64,000 nucleotides of DNA from Amoebophrya sp. A120 (lineage: Eukaryota > Protista > Dinoflagellata), in the NCBI GenBank assembly GCA_905178155.1, contig CAJINV010000001.1:4140421-4204420 (forward strand), read 5' to 3'. A program made the translations under genes and the position numbers. This document shows, piece by piece, positions 13,176 to 26,100 of the stretch. The number at the start of each line of letters is the position of its first letter. Position 1 is the first letter of the stretch. The notes beneath the pieces were generated by a model that saw only the letters and a list, made by a program, of their open reading frames with translations, made no database searches and was not told the DNA's origin.

Positions 13176-15709
13176 ATGCCACGCACCGGCACAACGAACG
13201 TAGGAACGATCTTAGCTGTAGTGCTTAAGGCTGTGGTTTTCCTTCACGAGGATGCCCAAAAGTCACCAATCTTCGTCCGCGGGGCCTTCTTTATGAACTG
13301 CAAAAGTATCGTACTCGTGATGCATGACCAATTTTCTCAGCATGAGAAATAAAATTTGTCATGCTGATTTACCTTACGAAAAATATTTGTAATGCAATAC
13401 GAGTGAAGATGGATGACGATGGGGAGACCTACCCACTAAGCAAAGTGGTCGACCCGGAATTGTCTGCAACGGCCGAGGAGGCGCTGGAGGCCGCACAGCA
13501 AGCTCGCACTGACGTGCTTGCGAGCTACCGCGAGCGGGTCGACGTCATCCGGGCGCAACGCGCGCAGCGAGCTGAGGCCCCCGCCCCGCCGCTCGGGGGT
13601 CTCGCACAGTGAAGTCGAAAAAAGGAAAGAATTTGTTCTGAAATTGAAATCAAGAGGTTCTTCACGTTGAAGTTCCTCAAATAGACTCCTCATTTTGGGT
13701 AGAAGTCTCGCGTACTACGCGAACACTGTAAACTGTAAACTGTAAACCTGCATTTATACGAGTACGATACTTTTGCACAGGATATTCTTGGTCCACCAGC
13801 AATCTCCGCCGGACTCGGACGACATATCCTGAGTAAAAACGTCCCCACACCATAGTCAAGATGGGGAATCGGCTAGACAAATCCACAATTTTTGGCTGTT
13901 TTGCATGACAAATTTGGATTCGTAGTGTAGTGCTGTTTGAGCTAGCTCAGCAGCATCACAGATCTAGCATACCATGCTGATTGGAGCATGACAAATTGCA
14001 AAACACGACTGGCAAATGCTTCTCATGGGGCTCCGCATGAGAAACATTTTCAGCATGCAGATTTGCATTACAACTATGGGGTGGGGACGTTTTGAAATAG
14101 GATACGACACCGAGGGTGGTTTGTCCCCGACGAGTGAGGATGGGGGAGGGAGTTCGTCGATGCAGGATCAGGATGATCATGATCCTGACGACTTTGCTCA
14201 ACAAGAAGAGCAGCGCTCAAACAGCGCCGCGCGCGCAGCAACAAATTCGAACGCCGGACCAAACCCTGAGGACGAGGAGGTGGACACAGCTGCACTCTTT
14301 AGAAGTAGTACCGATAGTGACCGCGGCCCGGAGGAAGTTGCTGCAGAGGGCCAGCAGCGGAACAAGAACGTGTTTAACAACTGCAAGCCGGGATGTTGGC
14401 ATCTTGTGCAAGAAAGCGGTGCAAGCCCGGACACCACCTGGTCGTTTCCTCTGGTGCTCAGTTTGGAAAAAAAGGAGCAGCCAGAAGATTTTTCTAGTTT
14501 GAGCACACTGCTGCGAGGAGGACCAACTTCGCAATCTGCGCAGGAGTCCTCTGCCGATCTCGATCATGAGACAGCTGCCCAATTAGTCGATGTGCGCCGG
14601 GCGACCCGCTTTCCGGCGATGTTCGAGTGCAGCGAAGAGGAGGACAAGAACAAGTTTATGAACGTTTTCGTCATCCCGCGCGAATTGGGCCTCAAAACAG
14701 GAGATCATGATATTGACATAGAGGATCATATGGCTGCACGACCTAACGTCTTTCTGAGACTTGTTTACGAAAGGCAGAGCGGAAACAAACACGCAGTGCA
14801 TAAAAGTCTTCCGAACTCGAATTATGCGGTAGAGGAGAACAAGTGTCAGCACTACATTCCGCTTGGTGCTGGTACTAGAATATCCGTATCCGATAGGACC
14901 AAAGAGTTTCCAAAGTCTTCCGGGCAGCAGGAGCCGGAACACCAACACGCACATAATTGGAAGAGGACGATTTCGGAAGCGTCTACAAGTGCCGGCACAG
15001 TAGTTGCCGGCTCTTCACCGCCTCCAGCAGTGGACCAGAACAAAGCCGCATCGGATTCGGATCGGGGCATGATCTTTGAGCAGGAGTATGTCGTTGTAAA
15101 TGCGCACGGACGTCGACAGCATTTCCACCACCAAAACGTGAGCGGCGCACAGGATCTCAGGCAAAAGATGTTCACGCAGAAGCTGCTAGACGCCGGGTGG
15201 AGCTTTTACCCCACAGACTTTCAGTTTCACAAAGTGGACCAAGAAAAAAGCAACCCGACTAGTACAGGAGGGACGACCAGTACCATGTCCATGGGGGGCT
15301 CTACTGCTGGTGGTGCTACACCTTCGTCTACTTCTGCTGAAGGTGATGAACCCAGCTTGATTAATCTCTTGACCTTGGACAATACGAGCGCAACAGCGTG
15401 GGCGCAGGACGTTTTCAACCGGTGTCAGCGGCACGCAGACGGCGTCGAGGGAGCGGCGAAGGTCGCTTTTGAAACGGCGGCCGCGCAACAGGGCTTGGAT
15501 CGCGAAGATGTGCTGCCGCCACAGCTGCATTCGGTCGGATTCACTTGTCATCCGGTTGTACAAGACAACGTTGCGAACATAAAGACGGTACTTATTAAGC
15601 TCGAGTTTTTATAAATTATTCGTTATCGTTTTCATTTCTTTCTAAATGCGTGTTGCAGCTTCCACCAGCACTTTTGCGGCTCAGTTGTCTATCGAAAATG
15701 CTCCTATGA
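13176..15709 (+). CDS. Hypothetical protein with signal-peptide-like N-terminus; exons 13176-13291, 13790-13824, 14110-15587, 15659-15709
   Basis: MPRTGTTNVGTILAVVLKAVVFL... joins ORF 14016..15614 in frame after removal of two elements. GT-AG intron 15588-15658. The 3' end is uncertain and could continue into the next gene. Confidence 0.65.
13292..13784. mobile_element. Introner-like element, family A, enlarged by ~340 bp of cargo
   Basis: TIR TATGAACTGCAAAAGTATCGTACTCG / CGAGTACGATACTTTTGCACAGGATA. DR TTCTT. 493 bp versus ~150 bp for siblings. Confidence 0.9.
13825..14104. mobile_element. Introner-like element, family D
   Basis: TIR TATCCTGAGTAAAAACGTCCCCAC / GTGGGGACGTTTTGAAATAGGATA. DR CGACA. 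Removing 285 nt eliminates an in-frame TGA. Confidence 0.9.
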
Positions 15710-15847
15710 GAAGGAGCAGCTGCTGCTGCACCTAGTTCTACAGTTTTTTTACATTATTTGGCTCTTAGATGAAAATCACTCTCGTCCTCCTTCGAATTCG
15801 ATTATACTTCTACACATCAGACCGACCTGGCCTACTCTTTTGCTACG

Positions 15848-18800
15848 ATGACGGTGAAATCGCGTGGTGGCTTGCTTGACTACCGGCTGAATCCCGAGGT
15901 GTATCGTTCGCCATCCGCTAACTCTTTGACCGCGCTTTCCCGGATCGTCTTTGCCAGCGTGTCGAAGAAACTTAGCCCCACCAACGTGCACCAATTTGCT
16001 TGGCGGGGCAGAACGTCGCACCAGGATGGTTCGTCTCAAGTAGTACCAGGTGACAGCGATAGCAATGAGCCTGCCCCTCTCATGGTCGCTAAGTTTCAAA
16101 TCGCGATTCTGTTGCCGCAGAACCATGGCGTTTGGAAGAATGGTTCCGGCACGAAGGATAGGGGTAAAAATGCTCATCATGGCCCGGCGGTGGACTACAA
16201 TCGACATACAGAAGGTGGTCGGCAGCACCAACAGCAAGCTGTAGCATCGAACATGCAAAATGGGGTTAATGCTGGTGATGACATCACTTCGTCTTCTTCC
16301 AACCAGCAGCCGGCGCTCCATTTCATGAATCGCAGCGCTGCACTTGACGAGCAGGACCAAGACGAGGCGGAAGATGAGGACGACAGAACGGCCGACGATG
16401 ACTCTTCTGGTACGACGAGGAGCACAGGAAAAGCAGCCGTCGGAGAGCACCTGGCCATGGCCGCGTATGCGGACGACGACATATTGCAACTCCACATGGA
16501 AAGCATCCGCACGACCCTGAACGACGACGAAGACGCCGGGAAAAGGGACTTGGAACTGCGACTCCTCGTCTCCTTCTGCAGCTTGTTGTTTCTCGCGCTC
16601 TTGCTCTCCACTGCCCACCAGGACCTACGGCGCAAGATTTTTCAGAACAAGAAGCAAGCCAATTCAACATCGCGGAGACTGTCGTGGTGGGATTTGCTGC
16701 GGCGGCAGTTCCGAACCCAGAAGCAAGTGCTAAGCAGCTATGAGAAAAGTTGTGCTTCTTCTTCTACCCAGCACGCCGGTGGCATTTCCAAGAACGCAAT
16801 GGAGCAGTACCTGCAGGAGAATCCGGATGCAAAGGACGAGTGGGTGGAGATCCAGGAGGGGTGGGCGAAGGTGCAGGATGCGAGGAAAAATAAAACGAAA
16901 AATAAATCGAGTTCTAGTTCCCCCAAGAAGACGAAGGAGCGGGACGACACTTGTGCAGAAGTTGTTTCCAAAGAAGTCGACGAAGATGACGACGGTGTCA
17001 GTGAGAATGAGGAAAGCGGAGGTAGTACAACGGCGCGTGAAGACGAAGAGGACGATGTGGACAAAATCGTGGCGCGCGCGATGAATGTCGGTTCCACGAC
17101 TTCGACGTCCCGCGCCGTCCCCTTGCGCGAAGAGCCGGAGGTCGTCCAGGACACGGCGCTCCGTGCGATGGGCCTGGAACACTCGAAGGAAGAAGCGGAC
17201 GCCTTTCGCCGGCGCAAAAATAATTCTATTTCTCCGGGAAAGCGGCGGTACTCCGACTCGACCTTTCAGTTGGGTCAAGAAAGCTTCCGCCAGGCGTCTC
17301 GGGAGAGTGACCAAAATTCGGACCTGGACTTTGTGCCGTTCGCGATTTACGATCCGCGCCGGGACAGTGTCGAGAGCGACGAAGCGCTCGAAGGCGCCGC
17401 GGCTCAAGCGGAACGATACCAACAGCTCAGCGACCCGCGCCGGGACAGTGTCGGAACCGATGGCAGCGACCGGAGTCTGCAACAACACTTGACGCAAAGC
17501 GACCGGAGCTGCGACAACAATGACCTCGCTAACAGGAGTGGGTCCTCCTCGTCGTGGACAAACATACACAACTCCGGCTCGACAAACACGACTCGGTTTC
17601 CAACTAGTTCCTGGGAAGGTGCTGGCCCACACACTACAAACAGCAGCATGAATGGAAGCAGCAGCAGTAACAACAACCAGCACCTGTCGCAGACGAATTC
17701 CAATGCCAGCACAGCGTGCACCCTCCCGGCACCAGGGGGACCTCGCGGGGGAACAACTACTACGACGCAGCCGGCCTTTACATCACCTTCTCGTGCTGCG
17801 AATTATAACATGAGCAGCAGTAAGCCGTCGTCAAAGATATTAAACAGCCGACACAACTTTTACCACGATCAACATGATCTCGCGGATGCGACGTACTTTC
17901 CGAAGTACGGCCGCGCGGAGATCGAAAGCAAGCGCAGCATCGTGTTTGTGAACTGCACCTCCCGGCTATGCAAGAAAAAAACTGTGTAAGTGTAACTTTG
18001 TAATGCAGATCATGCAACAGAGTTACACCTGTCATGCCAGACAACCACGCAGTCCTCTTTTCATGTATGTTTTCCCTTACAAGCCACGCATGACAGGTTT
18101 TCGCTGTCATGTAGAGCAAACTTGTGATGCAGATGCTGTCAGCCACGGAAAGTTACACTAACGCAGTTCTTTTCTTGGATACCGGTTGCAGCAGAAAGAG
18201 TCTTGGATGTACACGATCCACTTCAAGTCCCAAGGCTATAACGTAAGCTTAATGATTGACGAGTACGTGAAGCGCCAGGAGCTGTTCCTGACGGACGAGT
18301 ACGGCTACGGCAGTGGCTTCTCTTCTTCTCACTATCCCGCGGCGCCCGCCGAGAGAGTTCTTGCCGATGATGGCCTCGAGGAGAGAAATAATTACAATTA
18401 CGTGGACGAAAACGCGATGTTGTGCGGGCATAACGACGACCGGAAGCCCCACCAGGGCCAGCTCGTCCTCGTCAATTTCGAGGACGGAAGTCCTCTTAGA
18501 CCCGCAGCAGATGAAGAAGATGGTCCGAGCCCTGCGAATAAAAGTGCTGGGAGCATCAGCCCAGTCTCGCCGGGGAGAGTGCCGCACGGACGAAGCGCCT
18601 TCTTTCCGGATGAAGTGATGGACCGCCATATTGGTGTAACAGTCCGTGCTACAAAAGAACAGGAAGTAGATATCAGCCCAGTTGCAGGAAATAAAATGAT
18701 TTTGTCAAGAGATGACCACATCGAGGACCAGCAGCCGTCGCTCGACAACATGTTCGTGGAACAAGACGAAATAAAACGTATGTCGCACCTGTCGTCCAAT

Positions 18801-20837
18801 GAGGTCGTCGCGTTGGTGCCCCCGATACGGAGCCAGTCGCATTCGGCGGACTCGACGGAGACCATTCCGCCGATCATTCCGACCCCGGGGCTTTACCGTC
18901 AGGTTCTTAGCGGAGGGGGCATTGTTGAACAAGAACAAAACGGACAGCGGTCTTTTTCCTCGTCGATCGACGAATACCCCGACGCCAGTAAAATCGCGAA
19001 CGCCCCCGAAAGCCTGGAAAATCGCGACAAAATCCCAACCGGCGGAATCGTAGGAGCGAGTGTGATTGGCAGAACAACTGACGTAGTGACAGGAAAAAAT
19101 CCAGATGTCCCTCCGATGAGCAGGAAAAATGATTCTACGACAGTTTTTCCCCTTCCAAACGATCCACTTGTTGTAGAAGATGAGCAAAACCACCAGACCT
19201 CCAACCAGCACAAAGGCGCCGATGTTATTTCCACTGGTGTTGTTGTACCACCAGTAGATGTAGAAGTTGCTACGAAAAAAAACACGACAAACGGTGGCCA
19301 GGCAGATGCAGATGAGGTGAACCTGGACGACCACCAGCAACTGCAGATAGCGGCTTCCCGCAAAGACGCCAAGCGTACTGTGACCTTCGAGGAGAATACC
19401 TCCGGGTCAAATGACAGTGGCGGTTTTCGAAATGTGTATGCAAGAAAAAAACTGTGTAAGTGTAAGTCTGTGATGCAGAACATGCAACAGAGTTAGACCT
19501 GTCATGCCAGACAATCATGAAGTCCTCTTTTCATGTTTAGGTTTCAGGGTTTAGGACAACCTTACAAGCCACGCATGACAGGTTTGCTCTGTCATGTAGA
19601 GGAAATTTGTGATGCTGTCAGCCGAAGGTAGTTACACTAACACACTTTTTTTCTTGGATAATGTGAAAAACAGCTCGAATGTGGACCACATTCTCCCCCG
19701 AACCCTGTCGCTGCGCAGTAAGGAAAAGTCGAAATCTATTCTGAGTAAAAACATCCCCACCCCAGAGTTGTGATGCAAATCTGCATGCCAAAAAATGTCT
19801 CATACGAAGCCACATGAGGAGCTTTTTCTAGTCGTGTTTTGGGATTTGTGATGCTAGAAATAGCATGGTGTGCTAGATCTGTGATGTGCTAAAGTAGCCA
19901 AACAGGATTACACTACGAGGACAAACTTGTCATGCGAAACAACCAAAGTTGGCTGATCTGTCTAGCAGATTTTCCATCTTGACTCTGGTATGGGGACGTT
20001 TTTACTCAGGATAAAGTCTCTCACCCCAGTGTACGAGCGCATGCTCCGAGCCGTCCGGTGTCAGACCAAGGTTGGCAACCAACCGGAAAAAGACGTCGTG
20101 GTTCCGGATCACATCCAAAGGGTCTTTCATAAGGTGCACGATCACATCCAGAACGGGACCGTCTGCGTGGACTTGCTGGAAACCATCCTGTACCGGTTTG
20201 TAACCATCCAAACTGCCAATGAGTTCGACGACAGGGAGGCGGATATGGAACAAGAGGCAATGGAGTCGACGTATCACATCTTTTGCTTGATATCTCTTTG
20301 TTTCAGTCGATTTTTTGTTCTTGCCGCGGTCGACGACAAAAAAAACCAACAAATTGAAATTAATTTTATGAATGCTCCCTTCCGCTTCATCCGGTTTTTC
20401 TTTTTTATCAATTCTTCTTCCCGTTTGCCATGTAGTTCGTTGCGTGTAGCGGCCTATTCATATTCTGACTTATCACAGTATCAAAAACAGTGTTGCATGA
20501 TGATCTTGTTTCTCCCCGTAGTAACTGCCCCGAATGAAAACAAAACTAAAACAGGTTCTCGATGTGGCTGGCAATGCAGAATCTGAATATGGCCCTCGGA
20601 CAGGCCAAGGAGATGGATCGGAAGAAGTTAAACAATTGGGAAGAAGACAACAAAATGTCTCGCAACATGCGGGAGCGAAATTTCCAAAGGAGACTGCAAT
20701 CTATCGAGCAAAAGAAGCGGCAGCGGGCTTTACGCGGCGGGGGAAACGGGTGGCGACATCGGACCACGTCCGAGGACGCCGGGCCCGTCGAACAGGAGGC
20801 TGTAACTCGAGAGATGTCGAGAGAAAGATCAAGATGA
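15848..20837 (+). CDS. Large low-complexity hypothetical membrane protein; exons ~15848-17966, 18187-19436, 19666-19736, 20019-20270, 20555-20837
   Basis: ORFs 15848..17989, 18186..19496, 19990.. and 20562..20837 link in frame after removal of three elements and GT-AG intron 20271-20554. TM segment LLVSFCSLLFLALLL. Start uncertain. Confidence 0.7.
17967..18181. mobile_element. Introner-like element, family B
   Basis: TIR TATGCAAGAAAAAAACTGTGTAAGTGTAACTT / AAGTTACACTAACGCAGTTCTTTTCTTGGATA. DR CCGGC/CCGGT. Confidence 0.9.
19437..19660. mobile_element. Introner-like element, family B
   Basis: Same TIR and interior as 17967. DR ATGTG. Removing 229 nt is in frame. Confidence 0.92.
19737..20013. 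mobile_element. Introner-like element, family D, in the opposite orientation to 13825
   Basis: TIR TATTCTGAGTAAAAACATCCCCA / TGGGGACGTTTTTACTCAGGATA. DR AAATC/AAGTC. Its reverse complement aligns with 13825-14104. Confidence 0.9.
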
Positions 20838-23101
20838 ACTCTAACTACTACCGATATTAGGGGTTTCCGTTTCAGTTTCTTGTTCCTCAGATGTTCTTAT
20901 TTAGCTCGTTTGATATTTCTTGCCAGCGACAGGAGGGCCTTCGCCTTCCCCCACCAAGCGAACTCTTAACCCTGCGGTCTACTCGGAGACGAGCCCGATC
21001 ACTTTCTACTTGTTCGAAGTGTTGTATTTGGTGTATTGATGTGTAGGCGACATAGACAACAAGTATACAGCTGACTCTATTTTTAGGCTATCCTGTGACC
21101 GTTTCGCGCGTCACCAGTACCAGAGACGTTGCTCCATCCCTCGTTCGTAGTTTCTGGGATGTTGCAAGAAGTTCAAGTTGTACTATATTCGAAATCGAAT
21201 GTAATGTTGATAGGATCATGAAGGGCCGACCACGTTGCCGTTTCTGCATACGATGGTTTTTGGCCCAATCTACTTAGACACACTGATGCTTCTCCAGGGG
21301 TAGTTGTATTGCCTAGGAACCACGCCACCTTCTGCCTTTTTCGTAAGCTGCAGACCAACAGTGGGCGGCAATGGTAATGGAGGCTTTGGCGCCAAAGCCA
21401 AGATGATGCTGTTCTTATTCACACATAATGCAAATGATTTAGACTTTTACTTTTGGGATTACGATGGCTTTTCGTTTTCCATGATCGAGCGAAGCCAACA
21501 GCAGCATTCGCTAAGTAACTTGGAAGAACCATGTGAAGGCAATGCCACAAATGACAACTACTTACAAGTAGAGACATAAACAAATAAAGATAGAACAGTG
21601 AAATAGAACTGCACTTGCAAGATGCGGAGGGGGTAGGTACATAACCACTATTTCACGTTCTTACGGCGGCAGGGTGGTGCTAGGCGTTTCGTGGAACAGA
21701 ACATCTACACCACCAGTCACGCTCAACTATACAAGTACATCGAATCTTCAGGAAACCTGGTGTAAATGTAAAAAAAGATGACGCACCGTTGCCTATCGGT
21801 ATCGAGTGGAACAAATAACGCGACACTTTCTTCAAGATTAGGCTGTTGAAAAGCTCAGATCAAAACGAAAACTGGTTGTGTGCATCTGCATCCGTTTGTT
21901 TTTTGAACTGCATGATTTCCGACTTCTTGCGCCGGAAGGTCTGCCAACACACCAACTAGGGCCCTTGCTAATCCCAGGGACAGCCTCGAAGTTGTGGTCG
22001 CACGACGTAGAAAAAAGGGGGACGCACAACATGCTCGAACAAGCACAATAAATGGTTTCTCGCAACTTCCAGTGGCGATCTTGATCAAATATTTGTAGAG
22101 ACGCAGTACAGAACTAGACCCACTTCTGTGGTGGTATCCACAATTGACGATGAGCACTTGTCTTGAACTTGATCGGGTGGAATCGCTGTAAAAAATTTTC
22201 GACCTCCAATGTAATCATGTCATGTCTTCAAACAGCTACGAAGCCTTTCGTAGGATCGGGAAAACGTCGCGACTTGATTCTTCACGATGTTTTTCGCGCC
22301 ATGCGGTGTTGAAATTAGATCGATGTGTTCTCTTCTTTCAAATGTCGATGTTGTGCAGCAGGTGCGTGTCATGGCTTGGGTAGTCTTCATTACATTTACT
22401 GCCGGTAGTCCTGCTCTATTGTTTTCGACATCGACAACATATTGTGTTACAACTTAGTACAAATGCAATGTCGGTGTGAATGTTGCGCCGTTGTTATTTA
22501 CTGTTTCGTTCTCGTACCCACTTCCAGTGTCGCTCCGCAGCAGAAAGTGGAAGTGTAATCATGATTTCGGTCTTGTGTGCAAATTTATGAACCTGTGCTC
22601 TCTACGAAAAACTAAAACAGAAACACGCATCGTGTCATAATCATCCGCGGTGCACTGAGAAGAGTCTCGATGGCGAATACGGACACAACTCGGTCACTTC
22701 TCCGTTGCTTGGCTGAAGATTCTTGTTTTTTCTCGGAATTTCGTCCGTGCCGCCGATTTTTTTTGTCTGTTTCGCCTGATTCTGACTTTTTTCAGCGCAC
22801 GAGATTGTGCCCTACTGTGTGACGTTGTAGACGCTCGGTTGTTGTAGAGTAGAAGGCATGCCATCGCTTCTGCTTTTTTATGTGTCTTGCATTTGTGCTT
22901 TATGTGTATGTTTTATCATTACCTGCCTCTCGATCTAAACGTGAACCGTGCCTTCTACATTTTGTTCTCCCGGAACTACAATTACATCTTCTTATCTTTG
23001 AAGTTTGTTTTCAGTAGTTGTGTCGCCTTCACCCTAGTAAGGCCGACGTGATGTAGTAACAAGAACGGATGAAGTGAAAAAGAGCTATCTCACCAGCAAG
23101 C

Positions 23102-26100
23102 ATGGCCGAGGTTGGGCGACTGAGCCGAAAGGACGGCACCTTGTGGCGCAAGGAGATTCACCGACGGTATGGCGTAGCGGATTCAGTGAACGCGGATGCA
23201 TCGGGTACGAACAGGAACACGATGAAAAACTACTAAAATCATAGGTAGCTGCTGTTGTCATGGCTGCACATTCATACGTATGTGATTTTGCCTTTTTATC
23301 TTCTCATCCGCCAAATAACAGAGGAGCGGCTTTTTTTTTACAACTTCTGCTACGCACCACTACGCGGCCCATTAGCACGCGAGAAAATCTACGACCTCTG
23401 TCCCAGGTTAAAACAGGAGACCTAAAGTTCGGGTGTGAATTTCTTCGCCCGGCTTCTGCTCCCTTCCTTGAGTTGCTGCGGTGTTGAAGTTCTCACTCAT
23501 GCTCGACTGTGTAGGAGGGTTGATGTTGCCTCACCCCTCTAAGGTCTCAGGAGTCACGCTGCCACACTGTCTCCAAACCCACGCCGACAATACCAAAGAG
23601 CATTTTTGACAAGAATTAAAAAGCAACAAAGAAGCATACTGCAGGGGGAAGGGGAAAGGCTTGCTGCTACGTAAAAAGCGCAGCCGTGCATCTCAGAGGG
23701 CTTGCTTGGGGGAAGTTTCTGAATATTCTCATCATGCGTTTACTTTTTCGAGCCGGACTCGAAGTGAAAATACAAGTCAGCAACTACCCCCTTCTCTGCC
23801 TTCCTCCTGTAGCAATACTTCCAAAAAGAGCCCAGTAGGACCATCAACATCGCGCTGCGCCCAGTCATGCATGTCATGGCAAAACAGGATCCCAAAAGTT
23901 GCTTCTTCAAAACTCACGCAATTGTGATTCGAGATTTCCCGACCTTTAGGCTTAGTTTTTTAGGCGTGAGGGGCGGGGCAGTGGGCCACTCGGATCAGGT
24001 ACAGAATCACCACCGAAAAAAGGAAGAGCAATGCAGCGCCTGTGCTGTTGCATCACTACAGTTGTCGACTCTCTTGCACAGCGAGATTGAAGGCAACTCG
24101 GTGGTGTGACTCGCCGCCTGCTGACCATGTGAACAACTGTAGCATGTCGCGACGAGAAGGGACAAGCAGTCTGGAGCCGAAAGGCGAAGGGGTCAGATGG
24201 CACTTACGAACCACGAATACGATGCCGCGATAGAACAAGGACGACGAGCCTGGATCACCTCTTTTTCCGATCTGAAGTTGTCTATGTGATATTTCGCTGC
24301 GTTATTTTTGTGATTTGTATTTAAAAAAAAAAAAAAAAAACCTCTGTCCCAGGTTACGAGCAAAAGAAGAAGGTCCAGGATGTCAGCACGGCCTCCCTGG
24401 ACAAGTTTCTGCTATGCACTGCAAAAGTATCGTACTCGTATAAATGCATCACAAATTTCCTCAGCATGAGAAATAAAATTTGTAATGCGGATTTACTAGC
24501 TTAAGAAGATTTGTAATGCATGACTGCAATACGAGTGCGATACTTTTGCACAGGATATCTGCACGCGAGCAGCGACTTCGGCTTTCACTCGGAGGAGGTG
24601 CTCCAGGCCGTGCGGCAGGCTGCCGGGGACGACATCGCAACGTGGCGCGGCTTTGCCGTCCAGGCGGCCCGCATGGCCCCGATCTTCTTCGAGGAGGCTG
24701 TGGAGGCCGCGACCGTCCAGCTCGAAGCGGCGTGCATCATCCGGGAGCGAGAACCGAAGAAGATTCCCTTGGCCTGTTTCCGAAAGGGGCTCACGGATTT
24801 GTTGGAATTTTTGAAGGGGGAAAGAGAGGTATAAAAAGGAAATAAAGAAAGTTTTAGAAACCGATTGATGAGGACTAATTGGAATTTATCCCGGTGATCT
24901 TTTGTTGGGGGCACCAAGGACACAGCCATTGTTGTTTCTACAGACAGCGGTGGAGCAAGCGTTTTGTTTTTAGTAAAAAGCAAAGTGTTGCCATGTTGAC
25001 AGCGCTTTTGTTCTTCTATCTTCAAGAAATCCAAATCCAGCTTCTTTGTTTTTCACTTTTCGTTTTCACCTCCTTCACACGATCCGATACTCTAGATTAT
25101 CCGTCCCGTCCGGCTGACTTCCCCGAAAGGAGGCCGCGACCAGGAGGATTCGTTCATGCTGACGTCCACCTCGATTTTCTCCGACAAGGACCTCACCCGG
25201 AGCATGTACAACGAGCCCCCCTTCGAGCAGCAGCGCGCGGACAGGCTGCCGCCGCTCGGGGGCGGAGATTGTTCGTCTCTATCCAAAAAAACACCCATCC
25301 CCATCCAATATGTCATGCAAAACATGCATAATTTCCAATGTTTGCCAGGCAAAAAATGGATGGGGATGGGTGTTTTTTCCTGGATGATCTCTTCAGGATT
25401 TTCACAAGCTGTCGCGGTCGAAAAAAGGCGGGAAGCTGCAGGAACCAGAAACGTCGGTCTCGCTATCCACCGGGTTTGAGGGCTTCTCCATAAACGAGCG
25501 GGACAGCCTCTCGTGTGGCAACAAGCAGAAGGCGGTGACGACGTTTTACCACGCACCGCTGATGAAGAGCAAGAAGTACCGCACGGAAACTCAGCAAACA
25601 CCCGGGTTGTCCCTGGTATATCCAAGAAAAAAACTGTGTTAGTGTAACTTTGTCTTGCAGATGTTGCAATACAGTTACACTTGTCATGCCGGATGTGCAT
25701 CAGAGGCTATTTTAGTACGTGTTTTAGCATACTAGCTACGCATGACAAGTTTTCTGTCATGCAAAACAAATCTGTGATGCTGTTCCTGCAAAAAAGTTAC
25801 ACTTACACAGTTTTTTTCTTGCATATGGTCAACGGCGTGTTGACTAGATCCATCCAGGTGCAGGACCAGAGTCACGTCGTTTCCATCATCCCAGCAGGCG
25901 TATGCACTGCAAAAGTATCGTACTCGTACAAATGCAAGTCTTGCATTACAAATCTTATTTCCAAGGCAAATCTGCATTACAAATTTTATTTATCATGCTG
26001 AGGAAATTTGTAATGCATTTATACGAATACGATACTTTTGCACAGGATAAGGCGCGCACGACAGCAAACCTAAACCGGCGGTTGACGCAGCGAAAAATAA

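Noticed and set aside
15752-15768. ATTTGGCTCTTAG resembling a dinoflagellate spliced-leader relic
   Set aside because: Only ~8 nt match; not distinguishable from chance.
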